From NCBI GenBank assembly GCA_018920245.1, contig JAHLMS010000002.1:1-58307 (forward strand): a stretch of DNA of 58,307 bases, given 5' to 3'. A program made the position numbers and the translations under genes. Of this stretch, positions 18,767 to 27,369 are shown one piece after another; position 1 is the stretch's first letter, and each line of letters begins with the position of its first letter. The notes below the pieces were generated by a model. That model had not been told where the DNA came from and did not search any database. It saw only the letters and a program-made list of their open reading frames with translations. The stretch is from Candidatus Aenigmatarchaeota archaeon. GTDB taxonomy: Archaea > Aenigmatarchaeota > Aenigmatarchaeia > Aenigmatarchaeales > JAHLMS01.

Positions 18767-18900
18767 TGATGCAAACAAGTTGTGACAGATGTGGTAAGTC
18801 AGTGAAACAGGTGGGTAGACTTACCAAGATGCGATGGAAGGGCTTCAACCAGATGCTGTGCCGTAATTGCAAGCGAGAAATAAAGCTTGGTTTACATTAA
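18766..18900 (+). CDS. 44-aa CxxC...CxxC zinc-finger microprotein
   Basis: MMQTSCDRCGKSVKQVGRLTKMRWKGFNQMLCRNCKREIKLGLH*; the start overlaps the upstream stop (TAATG) and the ORF exactly fills the gap. Confidence 0.7.
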   Translation: MMQTSCDRCGKSVKQVGRLTKMRWKGFNQMLCRNCKREIKLGLH

Positions 18901-19520
18901 AGCCATTCTCTTTCCCAACGTCTGAAAGTCTCTTCATCAATATCTTTCGCTAACTTTTTCTTGATAAACAGCGGTTCACCGAATTTTTTTCTTAGTGCTA
19001 TACCGAACATGATACCTGTTGCAAGACCTGCCAAGTGTGCAGCATTGGCTATTCCAGACGGCACGAACAGTCCTAGCAAATCTCCTATGGCCCACACGCC
19101 TGCAGCGACAGCCATGGGCATCGGTATGCCTGCCACCCATACAGTTATTCTTGGCCGCAGAACCGCCAGCGTTCCCAGCAGACCGAATATCGCTCCAGAA
19201 GCACCAAGCGACTCTGGATAGAATGCTGAGGCAGCAATGCTAGCAATTATTCCGGAGATGAAATATAAAATCAGCCAGCGCCTGCTGCCGATTATGTTCT
19301 CAAGTATGGTGCCGAAAAGCGCGAGCGCGAACATATTGTAAAACAGATGCTCTATTGAGCCGTGCGCGAACATGCTTGTTATCAATATCCATGGTCTCAC
19401 CAAAATATCCGATGAAATGAGCGCTAGTGAATCTGTGAATGTAGGAATTGTAAGCTGCAAAATAAATATAATAATGCATGCTACAGTCAGCCGCAGTGAC
19501 CAGAAATCTGTGAGCCGCAT
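18897..19520 (-). CDS. Rhomboid family intramembrane serine protease
   Basis: TSMFAHG..HLFYNM, GASGA, AHLAG. Confidence 0.95.
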   Translation of the reverse strand: MRLTDFWSLRLTVACIIIFILQLTIPTFTDSLALISSDILVRPWILITSMFAHGSIEHLFYNMFALALFGTILENIIGSRRWLILYFISGIIASIAASAFYPESLGASGAIFGLLGTLAVLRPRITVWVAGIPMPMAVAAGVWAIGDLLGLFVPSGIANAAHLAGLATGIMFGIALRKKFGEPLFIKKKLAKDIDEETFRRWEREWL

Positions 19521-19526
19521 GGCAAT

Positions 19527-21056
19527 CTACTTTATCCTGGCACCCGCCTTGGTGAACGGCAGTTGCTTTTCAAGCAATTTCTCTATGACCTCCTGCAACC
19601 TATCGATGGCCACACGGACTTGTGCAGTGGTGTCGCGGTCTCGCAACGTCACTGTTTCGCTCCTAAGCGTTTCACCATCCACTGTTATGCAATAAGGTAT
19701 CCCTATCTCATCGGCCCTCGCATAACGACGGCCGATGCTATCCGCCTCATCATAGAATATGTTGAGCTGCTTGTTCAGCAGTTCGCATAACTTCTTGGCT
19801 TTCTCATCCATTCCTTCGCGTCGCACAAGCGGAAAGATGGCAACCTGATACGGAGCGAGCGCTGGCGGCAGTGCCAGCCATGTCCGTTTGCCATCGTTAC
19901 GGTAGGCATGCAACATCAGCATCCAGATTGTTCTGTCTATTCCGAACGAGGGCTCGTACATGTTTGGCAGAATGTGCATACCATCCTCGAAGACAGAAAG
20001 CGATTGCTTCGAGAATTTTGCGTGCCTGCTCAGGTCATAGTCAGAACGCCAGGCATTGTTAACACACTCGACCCAACCGAAATCCTCGGTGTAAATCTCG
20101 AAGTCCCAATGAACCTTCGAATAGTGTGCACGCTCCGTCGGCAGTAGCTCCTTGAACCGCAGGCATTTCCTGTCAAAACCCAGCGCTTCGTAGAACTGTT
20201 GGACCTTTGCCAGATAATAACCTATCAATTTGTTGGGAATATAGCCTTCAGCAATGGCGCTGTCAACTGTTATATCAAGCGGCTCCTCCACGGTATCGCG
20301 CAGATTCGCTGGCAAAATGCGTACCTTGAAATCTTTTATGCTCTTATAAGCAGGCCATTCCGTGTTCGCGGGATTGAAGAATATCTGCAGCTCTGCCATC
20401 CAGAACTCTCGCATGCGGATGAACACCTGGCGAGGCGATATCTCGTTGCGGAAGGACTTTCCGATCTGCGCTATTTTCAGCGGCAACTTCGCCCGCTGGC
20501 TCCTGTAGATGAAAGGAAAATCAAGGACAGAGGACTGTGTCGTCTCGGGTTTGAGGTAGCACTTTGTCTCTCCGGTCGGGCCGACATTCACATTAAACAT
20601 AAGGTTGAAAACAAAGACCTCGCCAAGCTCCGCGCCACACTTTGGACATTTGATTTTGTTTTTTCGAATTATATCGGTCAATTCTTCTGTGGTCTTACCC
20701 TCAAGCCTGCCCTCGTATTTTATCGTATCCTCTATGAGGATATCCGCGCGCCATCTATGCTTCTCCTTGCCTTTGCACATCACCTGCTTGTCATTGAAAC
20801 CCTCAGTATGGCCGGATGCCTGCCATACTATCTCGGGAAGTATATCAGAAGTGTCAATTTCATAAGCACCCTCGTCGCGCACCCACCATTTTCGCCACAT
20901 GTCCACAAAGTTATTTTTCACTGCTGTGCCTAGCGGGCCGTAGTTCCAGAAACCAGCAACCGGGTTGTAGAGCTGCGCAGCTGGCCAGAAGAACCCCCTT
21001 CGCTTGGCCAAGGCCTCGACCTCGGCTGCAATTGTCGTTTTCTTCTCTCCAGACAT
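19527..21056 (-). CDS. glyS: Glycyl-tRNA synthetase (alpha2, archaeal/eukaryotic type)
   Basis: KRRGFFW, YGPLG, ASGH, FNLMF, LKPET, QIGKSFRNEISPR, EPSFGIDR, SIGRRYARADEIG. Confidence 0.96.
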   Translation of the reverse strand: MSGEKKTTIAAEVEALAKRRGFFWPAAQLYNPVAGFWNYGPLGTAVKNNFVDMWRKWWVRDEGAYEIDTSDILPEIVWQASGHTEGFNDKQVMCKGKEKHRWRADILIEDTIKYEGRLEGKTTEELTDIIRKNKIKCPKCGAELGEVFVFNLMFNVNVGPTGETKCYLKPETTQSSVLDFPFIYRSQRAKLPLKIAQIGKSFRNEISPRQVFIRMREFWMAELQIFFNPANTEWPAYKSIKDFKVRILPANLRDTVEEPLDITVDSAIAEGYIPNKLIGYYLAKVQQFYEALGFDRKCLRFKELLPTERAHYSKVHWDFEIYTEDFGWVECVNNAWRSDYDLSRHAKFSKQSLSVFEDGMHILPNMYEPSFGIDRTIWMLMLHAYRNDGKRTWLALPPALAPYQVAIFPLVRREGMDEKAKKLCELLNKQLNIFYDEADSIGRRYARADEIGIPYCITVDGETLRSETVTLRDRDTTAQVRVAIDRLQEVIEKLLEKQLPFTKAGARIK

Positions 21057-21270
21057 GGTATCAGTATTACCGTGATGGCTTAAAAATTCAGCGCAAACAA
21101 GAAAAGTTTTTAAGTCCTAAAAATCAATATTTTATTGTGAGTAAAATGATGGGTGTGCATCTTTGGCAATGATGAACATGAGATTTTGCTAGTGGCCACC
21201 CTGTCACGTATTTCTATTGCCTTTGGTGAAACACTTAAAAGTAGAAATGTCCAATTAGGAGCCGATTGCC

Positions 21271-22371
21271 ATGCCTGAAAAACGTCTCACGCCATTCGAT
21301 GCTGATGAAGATAAAGAGATAGACTACGGAAAGCTGATGAAAGAGTTCGGAACGCAGCCTGTGCCTTCACATATTATCAAGAAGTTGTCCGACATTCGAG
21401 CTTTCCGTCATGGATATGTCTTCAGTCACAGGGATTTTGACAAATTCCTAGCTGCGTATGAGGCCGGAAAAAAGGTCGCTATAATCACCGGATTCAACGC
21501 TTCAGGCAGCATACATCTCGGGCACAAGCTGTCGTTCGATTGTGTTATTGAACTGCAGAAAAAATATAGGATACCAGCCTATGTGCCGATATCCGATGAT
21601 GAGAGCTATGTCTGTGAGAAGGTTAAGGACCAGGCAGAGGGGCTCAAGAATGCACGCCTGATAGTTGCACAACTACTCGCACTCGGATTCGATCCATCGT
21701 TGACGAAGTTCTTCATACATCAGCAGTACACTAAGATCTACAACCTTGCCATCAAGCTTTCACGACGCTATACCATGAGCGCGATAAAAGCTATTTACGG
21801 CTTTACGGACAGTACAAATCCAGGTCTTATGTTTTATCCTGTCATACAGGCAGCTGACATCCTATTGCCGCAAGAGCCTGAATTTGAAGGCAGGATTTTT
21901 ACAGTGACGCCCATAGGCATCGATCAAGACCCTCACATGCGGCTGGCACGCGACATAGCAGACAAATTTGGTTACATCAAACCAACTACATTTCACATCA
22001 AGTATTTGCCCGGCCTGCGCGGCGGTAAGATGTCGAAGTCAAGGCCTGGCAGCGCCCTGTTCTTAAATGAGAAGCCTGAAGTGGCTGCAAAATATGTAAT
22101 GAACACGCTTACGGGCGGGCGCAACACCATCGAGGAACAGAGAAAACTTGGTGGAGAATATGATAAATGTATTGTCGCCAAATACATGGCCGCACATTTC
22201 GACGATGATAAGCAGATGTTGGACCGCAAGCGCAAATGCCTTAGTGGGCAGCTGCTCTGTGGAGAATGTAAAAACGACCTTTCCTGCGCCATAAAAAAGT
22301 TCCTGGTAGAATTCCAAGCGCGTGTAGCAAAGGTGGAGAAACGGCTTGACAAGAATCTCATAAAGAATTAA
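21271..22371 (+). CDS. trpS: Tryptophanyl-tRNA synthetase
   Basis: IDYGKLMKEFG, HRDFD, HLGH, QAADIL, GIDQDPH, KMSKS, LLCGECK. Confidence 0.93.
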   Translation: MPEKRLTPFDADEDKEIDYGKLMKEFGTQPVPSHIIKKLSDIRAFRHGYVFSHRDFDKFLAAYEAGKKVAIITGFNASGSIHLGHKLSFDCVIELQKKYRIPAYVPISDDESYVCEKVKDQAEGLKNARLIVAQLLALGFDPSLTKFFIHQQYTKIYNLAIKLSRRYTMSAIKAIYGFTDSTNPGLMFYPVIQAADILLPQEPEFEGRIFTVTPIGIDQDPHMRLARDIADKFGYIKPTTFHIKYLPGLRGGKMSKSRPGSALFLNEKPEVAAKYVMNTLTGGRNTIEEQRKLGGEYDKCIVAKYMAAHFDDDKQMLDRKRKCLSGQLLCGECKNDLSCAIKKFLVEFQARVAKVEKRLDKNLIKN

Positions 22372-22401
22372 AGTTTTAAACCCGCCTGCCAATAATAAGG
22401 C

Positions 22402-23709
22402 ATGCCATATGTTCTTACAAATGAGGGCAAGGAATTCCTTTCGAAAGGTTTGCCGGAGCGACACGTCCTGACATTTCTACGCGACGGAAGACGTACAATG
22501 GCCGAACTAGCAACGCTCCCAGGATCAGCAATAGGAATAGGCTGGGCTCGAAAGGCCGGATGGATAAGGATAATAGATAACCTTTTTGTCGAGCTCACCG
22601 ACGAAGGCAGAATAGCATCTGGTCTCAAGCTGCCGATGGAAAGGGCACTCGAAGATGTGGAACGTAGTGGAGAGACAAGCCCTGAAAACGCGCAGTTGCT
22701 CCTCAGTCGCGGACTTATCAGACAAGTGCCTGGAAAGGCTGGAATATTTGAAAAAATAATACCAAGAATGTCTGAGATATCACTGCCGAAACATACAGAG
22801 TCCGAGTATGCACAGCTCACCCCAGAAATAATCAAAACAGGCCGATGGAAGGAGATGCAACCTAAGAAATATGATGTCAACGCACCTGCGCCACAACTCT
22901 GGCCTGGCAAACGGCACATTGTGCAACAATTCCTAGAAAAAGTGCGTCGCATCTGGATAGAGATGGGTTTCAAGGAGATGACGGGTAACCTTTCCGAAGT
23001 TGCGTTCTGGAACTTCGATGCACTATACCAGCCACAGGACCATCCGGCACGCGACCTTGCTGATACTTTTTATCTCAATCCTCCTGAGAGCGTACAGTTA
23101 CCTGGAGGTAACATTGTTGAGCGTGTATCAGCCACGCATACAAACGGGTGGACCACGGGAAGCACCGGATGGAAATATAAGTGGTCCGCCGATATCGCTG
23201 CAAAGGCCTGCCTGCGCACACATACGACATGTCTCAGCGCACGAACGTTGGCCGGACTTCGAAAGGAGGACCTGCCGGCAAAATATTTCGCAATAGGCAG
23301 ATGCTTCCGAAATGAGACATTGGACTGGAAACATCTCTGTGAGTTCTATCAGGTTGAGGGCATTGTGGTTGATGAGAGCGTGACATTCAGGCATTTGCTT
23401 GGCTACCTGAAGCGATTCTATGCAAAATTGGGATTCCCTAATGCGCGGTTCAGACCAGCCTACTTCCCATACACTGAGATGTCGACTGAAATAGAGGTGT
23501 GGGATCCGTATAAGAAGGTTTGGCTCGAGCTTGGCGGCGCTGGTATATTCAGACCGGAGGTCGTGAAACCCCTCATGAACATAGATATTCCTGTTCTTGC
23601 ATGGGGACCAGGCGTGGAGCGGCTTGTCATGAACGCATATAACATTGCTGATATCCGGCAGCTGTACGGAAATGACCTAGCGCTGCTGAGAGGAGCGAAG
23701 ATGTGGTGA
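22402..23709 (+). CDS. pheS: Phenylalanyl-tRNA synthetase alpha subunit
   Basis: FWNFDALYQPQDHPARD, LRTHTT, FRNE..DWKHL.EF.Q, RFRPAYFPYTE. Confidence 0.97.
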   Translation: MPYVLTNEGKEFLSKGLPERHVLTFLRDGRRTMAELATLPGSAIGIGWARKAGWIRIIDNLFVELTDEGRIASGLKLPMERALEDVERSGETSPENAQLLLSRGLIRQVPGKAGIFEKIIPRMSEISLPKHTESEYAQLTPEIIKTGRWKEMQPKKYDVNAPAPQLWPGKRHIVQQFLEKVRRIWIEMGFKEMTGNLSEVAFWNFDALYQPQDHPARDLADTFYLNPPESVQLPGGNIVERVSATHTNGWTTGSTGWKYKWSADIAAKACLRTHTTCLSARTLAGLRKEDLPAKYFAIGRCFRNETLDWKHLCEFYQVEGIVVDESVTFRHLLGYLKRFYAKLGFPNARFRPAYFPYTEMSTEIEVWDPYKKVWLELGGAGIFRPEVVKPLMNIDIPVLAWGPGVERLVMNAYNIADIRQLYGNDLALLRGAKMW

Positions 23710-23711
23710 TT

Positions 23712-25379
23712 ATGCCTACTATGACTTTCAACAGAAAAGACTTCTGCAAGCTTGTTGGGAAGGATTTCAGTGTTAAGGAGCTGAGCGAGAAGATTCCGAT
23801 GCTCGGTGTTGCCTGGGAACATGCCGAAGGCGATGAGATAGAGGTAGAGGTTTTCCCGAACAGGCCAGACATGCTCTCCGTCGAGGGCCTTGCACGCGCC
23901 TTCTCTGCATTTGTAAACATTGATGTCGGACTCCCTGAATATGTTGTTGAGGATGGTGGTTACAAAGTCCATGTAGACAAGTCTGTGACTGCAATCAGGC
24001 CATACATCGTATGCGCAGTTGTGAAGGGTGCGAAGCTGGACGATACTGCTATCAAGAGCCTGTTGCAACTCCAGGAGAAGCTACATGCAAGCCATTGCCG
24101 CAGAAGGGCGAAGGCCGCGATGGGTGTCTGCGACCTCGACAAAATAAAATTTCCTGTAAAATACACGACAGGCGCCCCGAACATAAATTTTACCCCGCTG
24201 GGTTGGGACACACCACATCCGCTTTCAGAGATACTTAAAAAACATCCGCGTGGCATCGAATATGGATGGATAATAGAGCGCAATACCGTGTTCCCTATAC
24301 TGGCGGATGCAAAGGACATGATACTGTCCATGCCACCTATAGTAAACAGCAAGGATGCTGCAATAACCGTAAAGACGAAGAACCTGTTCATAGACGTGAC
24401 AGGCACTGACCCGAAGACAGTCAAGGAAGTGCTGAATATCGTTGTCACTTCGTTGGCTGACCGTGGCGGAAAGTTGTATTCTGTCGATATTGATTATCCT
24501 AAGCTCACCGAAACCACACCTGACCTGTCACCAAGAATAGCCAAGCTGGACTTGAATTATGCGAACAAGCTGCTGGGGATAAAATTGGGTATCACAGAAG
24601 CGATAGATCTGCTCAAGCGCATGCGGTTCGATGCGGTTGAATTCCTGGACAGCAAAGAGTCTGTAATCGAGGTCACCGTTCCGGCATATCGCACAGATAT
24701 CATGCATCCAATAGACTTGGTGGAAGACATCGCGATAGCCTACGGTTATGAAAACTTCAAGCCAGAGCTGCCACCACTGTTCACGGTAGGTGAAGAGTCG
24801 TCGGATGAGGAGTTCAATCGAAAATTGATTTCAATTATGACTGGGCTCGGCTTCCAAGAAGCGCTCACATACGTGCTCAGCAACAGTATGAAGCTGTTCA
24901 CAAACATGGGCCTGAAGGAACAGCCGACCGTTCGTACTGTCAACCCACGCACTGTCGAGTTCACGTCAGTCCGCACATGGCTACTGCCGTCGTTGCTCGA
25001 AGCGCTGGCTGCAAATCAGCACAACCCTTTTCCACAGAAACTAGCTGAGATTGGCGAGTGCCTTGTTCTTGATAATTCGACCGACACAGGAACGCGCACA
25101 ATCCGAAAACTTGCCGCGGTCATTTGCTATGACGCTGCGAACCTGACGGAATGCAGATCTGTTGTCAATTCCATTCTGGGCAACCTTGGCCTGGAATATT
25201 CGGTAAGGCCGACTGAGCATCCAAGCTTCATACCGAGTCGTGTCGGTGAAATTCTCATCAACGGCAAGCCCGCAGGTTTCTTCGGAGAGATACATCCTGC
25301 CGTGCTTTCAAACTGGAAACTTGAAAAGGCCGTGATTGCTCTCGAGCTGGACGTTTCGGCGCTTCAGCCTGCCAGGTAG
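23712..25379 (+). CDS. pheT: Phenylalanyl-tRNA synthetase beta subunit
   Basis: PNRPDMLS.EG.AR, QEKLH, SMPPIVNS, DL.EDIAIAYGY, GEIHP. Confidence 0.96.
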   Translation: MPTMTFNRKDFCKLVGKDFSVKELSEKIPMLGVAWEHAEGDEIEVEVFPNRPDMLSVEGLARAFSAFVNIDVGLPEYVVEDGGYKVHVDKSVTAIRPYIVCAVVKGAKLDDTAIKSLLQLQEKLHASHCRRRAKAAMGVCDLDKIKFPVKYTTGAPNINFTPLGWDTPHPLSEILKKHPRGIEYGWIIERNTVFPILADAKDMILSMPPIVNSKDAAITVKTKNLFIDVTGTDPKTVKEVLNIVVTSLADRGGKLYSVDIDYPKLTETTPDLSPRIAKLDLNYANKLLGIKLGITEAIDLLKRMRFDAVEFLDSKESVIEVTVPAYRTDIMHPIDLVEDIAIAYGYENFKPELPPLFTVGEESSDEEFNRKLISIMTGLGFQEALTYVLSNSMKLFTNMGLKEQPTVRTVNPRTVEFTSVRTWLLPSLLEALAANQHNPFPQKLAEIGECLVLDNSTDTGTRTIRKLAAVICYDAANLTECRSVVNSILGNLGLEYSVRPTEHPSFIPSRVGEILINGKPAGFFGEIHPAVLSNWKLEKAVIALELDVSALQPAR

Positions 25380-26134
25380 TCCAACATCCTGTCGAACCAA
25401 TTCTTTCTTTTTGTTGGCTCAGTCCAAGCCTCGCCCGCTATCGATGCTGCCAAGCGCTTGAATTCGCGACTGGCCTTGCTGCGCGGGCTATAATTGACAA
25501 CGGGCATCTTCGCGGCGATGGCCTTTGGCACCGCCTTATCCTCAGGCACGACAGCTATCACAGGAACCTCAAGCATGTCGCGAATCTCAGAAACAGAAAT
25601 TTCATGGCTATGACCTCTTACGCGGTTGACCACAACACCAAGCACCTTCGTGCCTATCTCGTTAGCCATCTTGATTGCTTTCAGCGCGTCTGTGAGAGCA
25701 GGCAAGTCTGGATTCGTGACTATTATCATTTCATCGGAAACTTCCATTATGGCTGTTGCCTCCTTTCCCAGACCTGCGGCACCATCTATCAGTATTATTT
25801 CCGCTGCGCCAAGCAGGTTCATAAGGGCACCTGCAAGCTTATTTATGTTGAGACCCTTGAGCGCGCCAACCGACAGCGAAGCTGGTATGACCTGCATGCC
25901 TGAGCTATGCTTGTATATCGCGCTCCGTATATGCGCATCGCCCTTCAGCGCATCATGCAAGGTTATCGGTGCCAGCGGTATGCCTAGGTGAAGGGAGAGG
26001 TTCGGCGTCGTGACGTTGCCGTCTATGACAATAACAGACTTCCCTTTCTCAGCGAGCGCCGCACCGATGTTAGAAGTGGTCGTAGTCTTTCCCACACCAC
26101 CCTTGGCCGAGAGCACGGCAATTATGCGTGTCAT
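25364..26134 (-). CDS. minD: MinD/ParA family ATPase (archaeal MinD)
   Basis: Deviant Walker A KGGVGKTT, ID.N...PNL, GVVVNRV, VPED; C-terminal amphipathic NWFDRMLDYL. Confidence 0.9.
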   Translation of the reverse strand: MTRIIAVLSAKGGVGKTTTTSNIGAALAEKGKSVIVIDGNVTTPNLSLHLGIPLAPITLHDALKGDAHIRSAIYKHSSGMQVIPASLSVGALKGLNINKLAGALMNLLGAAEIILIDGAAGLGKEATAIMEVSDEMIIVTNPDLPALTDALKAIKMANEIGTKVLGVVVNRVRGHSHEISVSEIRDMLEVPVIAVVPEDKAVPKAIAAKMPVVNYSPRSKASREFKRLAASIAGEAWTEPTKRKNWFDRMLDYLAG

Positions 26135-26174
26135 AAAATCGTTAGAATAATGGAAATTTAAGAATAAAAAGGTG

Positions 26175-27113
26175 CTACCAGACCGTTCTGAGCAGCATCA
26201 CATTGTTGTTGGGGTACATATCGGTGTTTTTCCTGCCTGGGTCTATCACCAGCTCAAGTTCAGTGATGTCAGAAAGTACAGTTATCTTGCCTGTTATGGT
26301 AAGTTGCGAGCCAGGCTCGATGACCGGCAAGTCAAAGGTTCCGATAACATTGCTTCTGGCTTTTATTTGTAGTTCAGTCGCATTTGAGTCCAGCAGCCCT
26401 CTGTTCATTACAACCATTTTTATGTCGAGATGTACATTGCGCTTCGTCGATGTTACATTCATGAACGTCAGATCAGGCGCCGGCTGCATCCTGTACAGTT
26501 CTTTCAACGTATCAAGAATATCAGGTGTCACCCTCTGCAGGCAATGTAGTTGAGGGTACATTATATCGTAATAGCGCACAGCGGGATTTGTCGTATTAGG
26601 ATGGTCAAGACCCAGCGCATGTCCGAGCTCATGTGCCGCGACCAACTGAGGACAGCTCGTCGAAAAGCTGGTTTTTGTAACTATTGTTACTTCACAACCT
26701 ACAGAAAGGTTGAACAGACCAGTATCGATAACCTTTGGCATGCTGGTGCCGAGTTCGACTGCCTCTTCACCGACAACGGGCACCTCTTTTGTCCATCTTA
26801 CCGTAATGTCGGCTACCTGTGGGCTGTCGACTTCCTTGAATGCAACAAGCCCGTCTGTCTGGTCTTTCCATATTTTCATCCCTTCCCTGAACGCTTCAAT
26901 ATCTCTGTCAGTGGCATTCTGTGTATACATGTAAATTGTCACGGGCATATGGTTCCATCTGAAGTTATCAAACATGAGTGCGTGTGTTTTATTGAATGTT
27001 ATGTTCTCAATGGTGTAGTTGGTAGGCTCCAATTCAGATGGAAAGGATGCCTGCTCTGCAATGCAACCAGATATCATAACAGCCGCAAGCAATGTTAATG
27101 CTATGCACCTCAT
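26175..27113 (-). CDS. Secreted matrixin-like (M10) metalloprotease with lipobox-like signal and C-terminal CARDB-like domain
   Basis: MRCIALTLLAAVMISGC; HELGHALGLDH; IMYP Met-turn; PDL..NRG..IDP..E/D.YPNNN. Confidence 0.85.
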   Translation of the reverse strand: MRCIALTLLAAVMISGCIAEQASFPSELEPTNYTIENITFNKTHALMFDNFRWNHMPVTIYMYTQNATDRDIEAFREGMKIWKDQTDGLVAFKEVDSPQVADITVRWTKEVPVVGEEAVELGTSMPKVIDTGLFNLSVGCEVTIVTKTSFSTSCPQLVAAHELGHALGLDHPNTTNPAVRYYDIMYPQLHCLQRVTPDILDTLKELYRMQPAPDLTFMNVTSTKRNVHLDIKMVVMNRGLLDSNATELQIKARSNVIGTFDLPVIEPGSQLTITGKITVLSDITELELVIDPGRKNTDMYPNNNVMLLRTVW

Positions 27114-27127
27114 GCGTTCACCATGAT

Positions 27128-27310
27128 TGGTGCCCCGGAAGGGATTTTCACGCTGCCAGTTTCTGCTTTGAACCCTCGACCTCTTGCTATCTTCATCCAT
27201 CACAGAGTGATGGTCAGTTCTTCTAAGTTGGACTTAGAAGGTTCGCCAATGGAACCCGGAGGTTCGCCGAAGGCATCTCAAGCGCTCTATCCAACCTGAG
27301 CTACCGGGGC
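27128..27310 (-). tRNA. tRNA-Arg(TCT) with three introns (30/31: 27278-27242; 37/38: 27234-27189; 59/60: 27166-27145) and encoded CCA
   Basis: Removing the three segments gives GCCCCGG TA GCTC AGGTTGGATA GAGC G CTTGC CTTCTAA GCAAG AGGTC GAGGG TTCAAAT CCCTT CCGGGGC ACCA. Each junction has a BHB central helix (CGCT/GGCG, CTTC/GAAG, TTCA/TGAA). Confidence 0.88.
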
Positions 27311-27369
27311 AAAACAAATTTTGGCCACACAGCTTATAAATTTATAAGAACGGAGGAGAAAGTGTTGAC

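Noticed and set aside
21140..21210. Fluoride-riboswitch-like pattern (GATGGGTG...GCTAGTGGCCACCCTG) upstream of trpS
   Set aside because: P1 is weak, conserved positions deviate and the gene context is unrelated; a covariance-model hit would be needed.
27114..27203. N-terminal extension of the protease ORF (track start 27203)
   Set aside because: It overlaps the tRNA-Arg gene; the signal peptide begins at ATG 27113.
27267..27273. Third Arg anticodon unit CCTTCGG (TCG) in the first tRNA-Arg intron
   Set aside because: It would need a 5-nt intron, too short for a BHB, and is equally explained as a C(UUCG)G tetraloop. Suggestive but unsupported.
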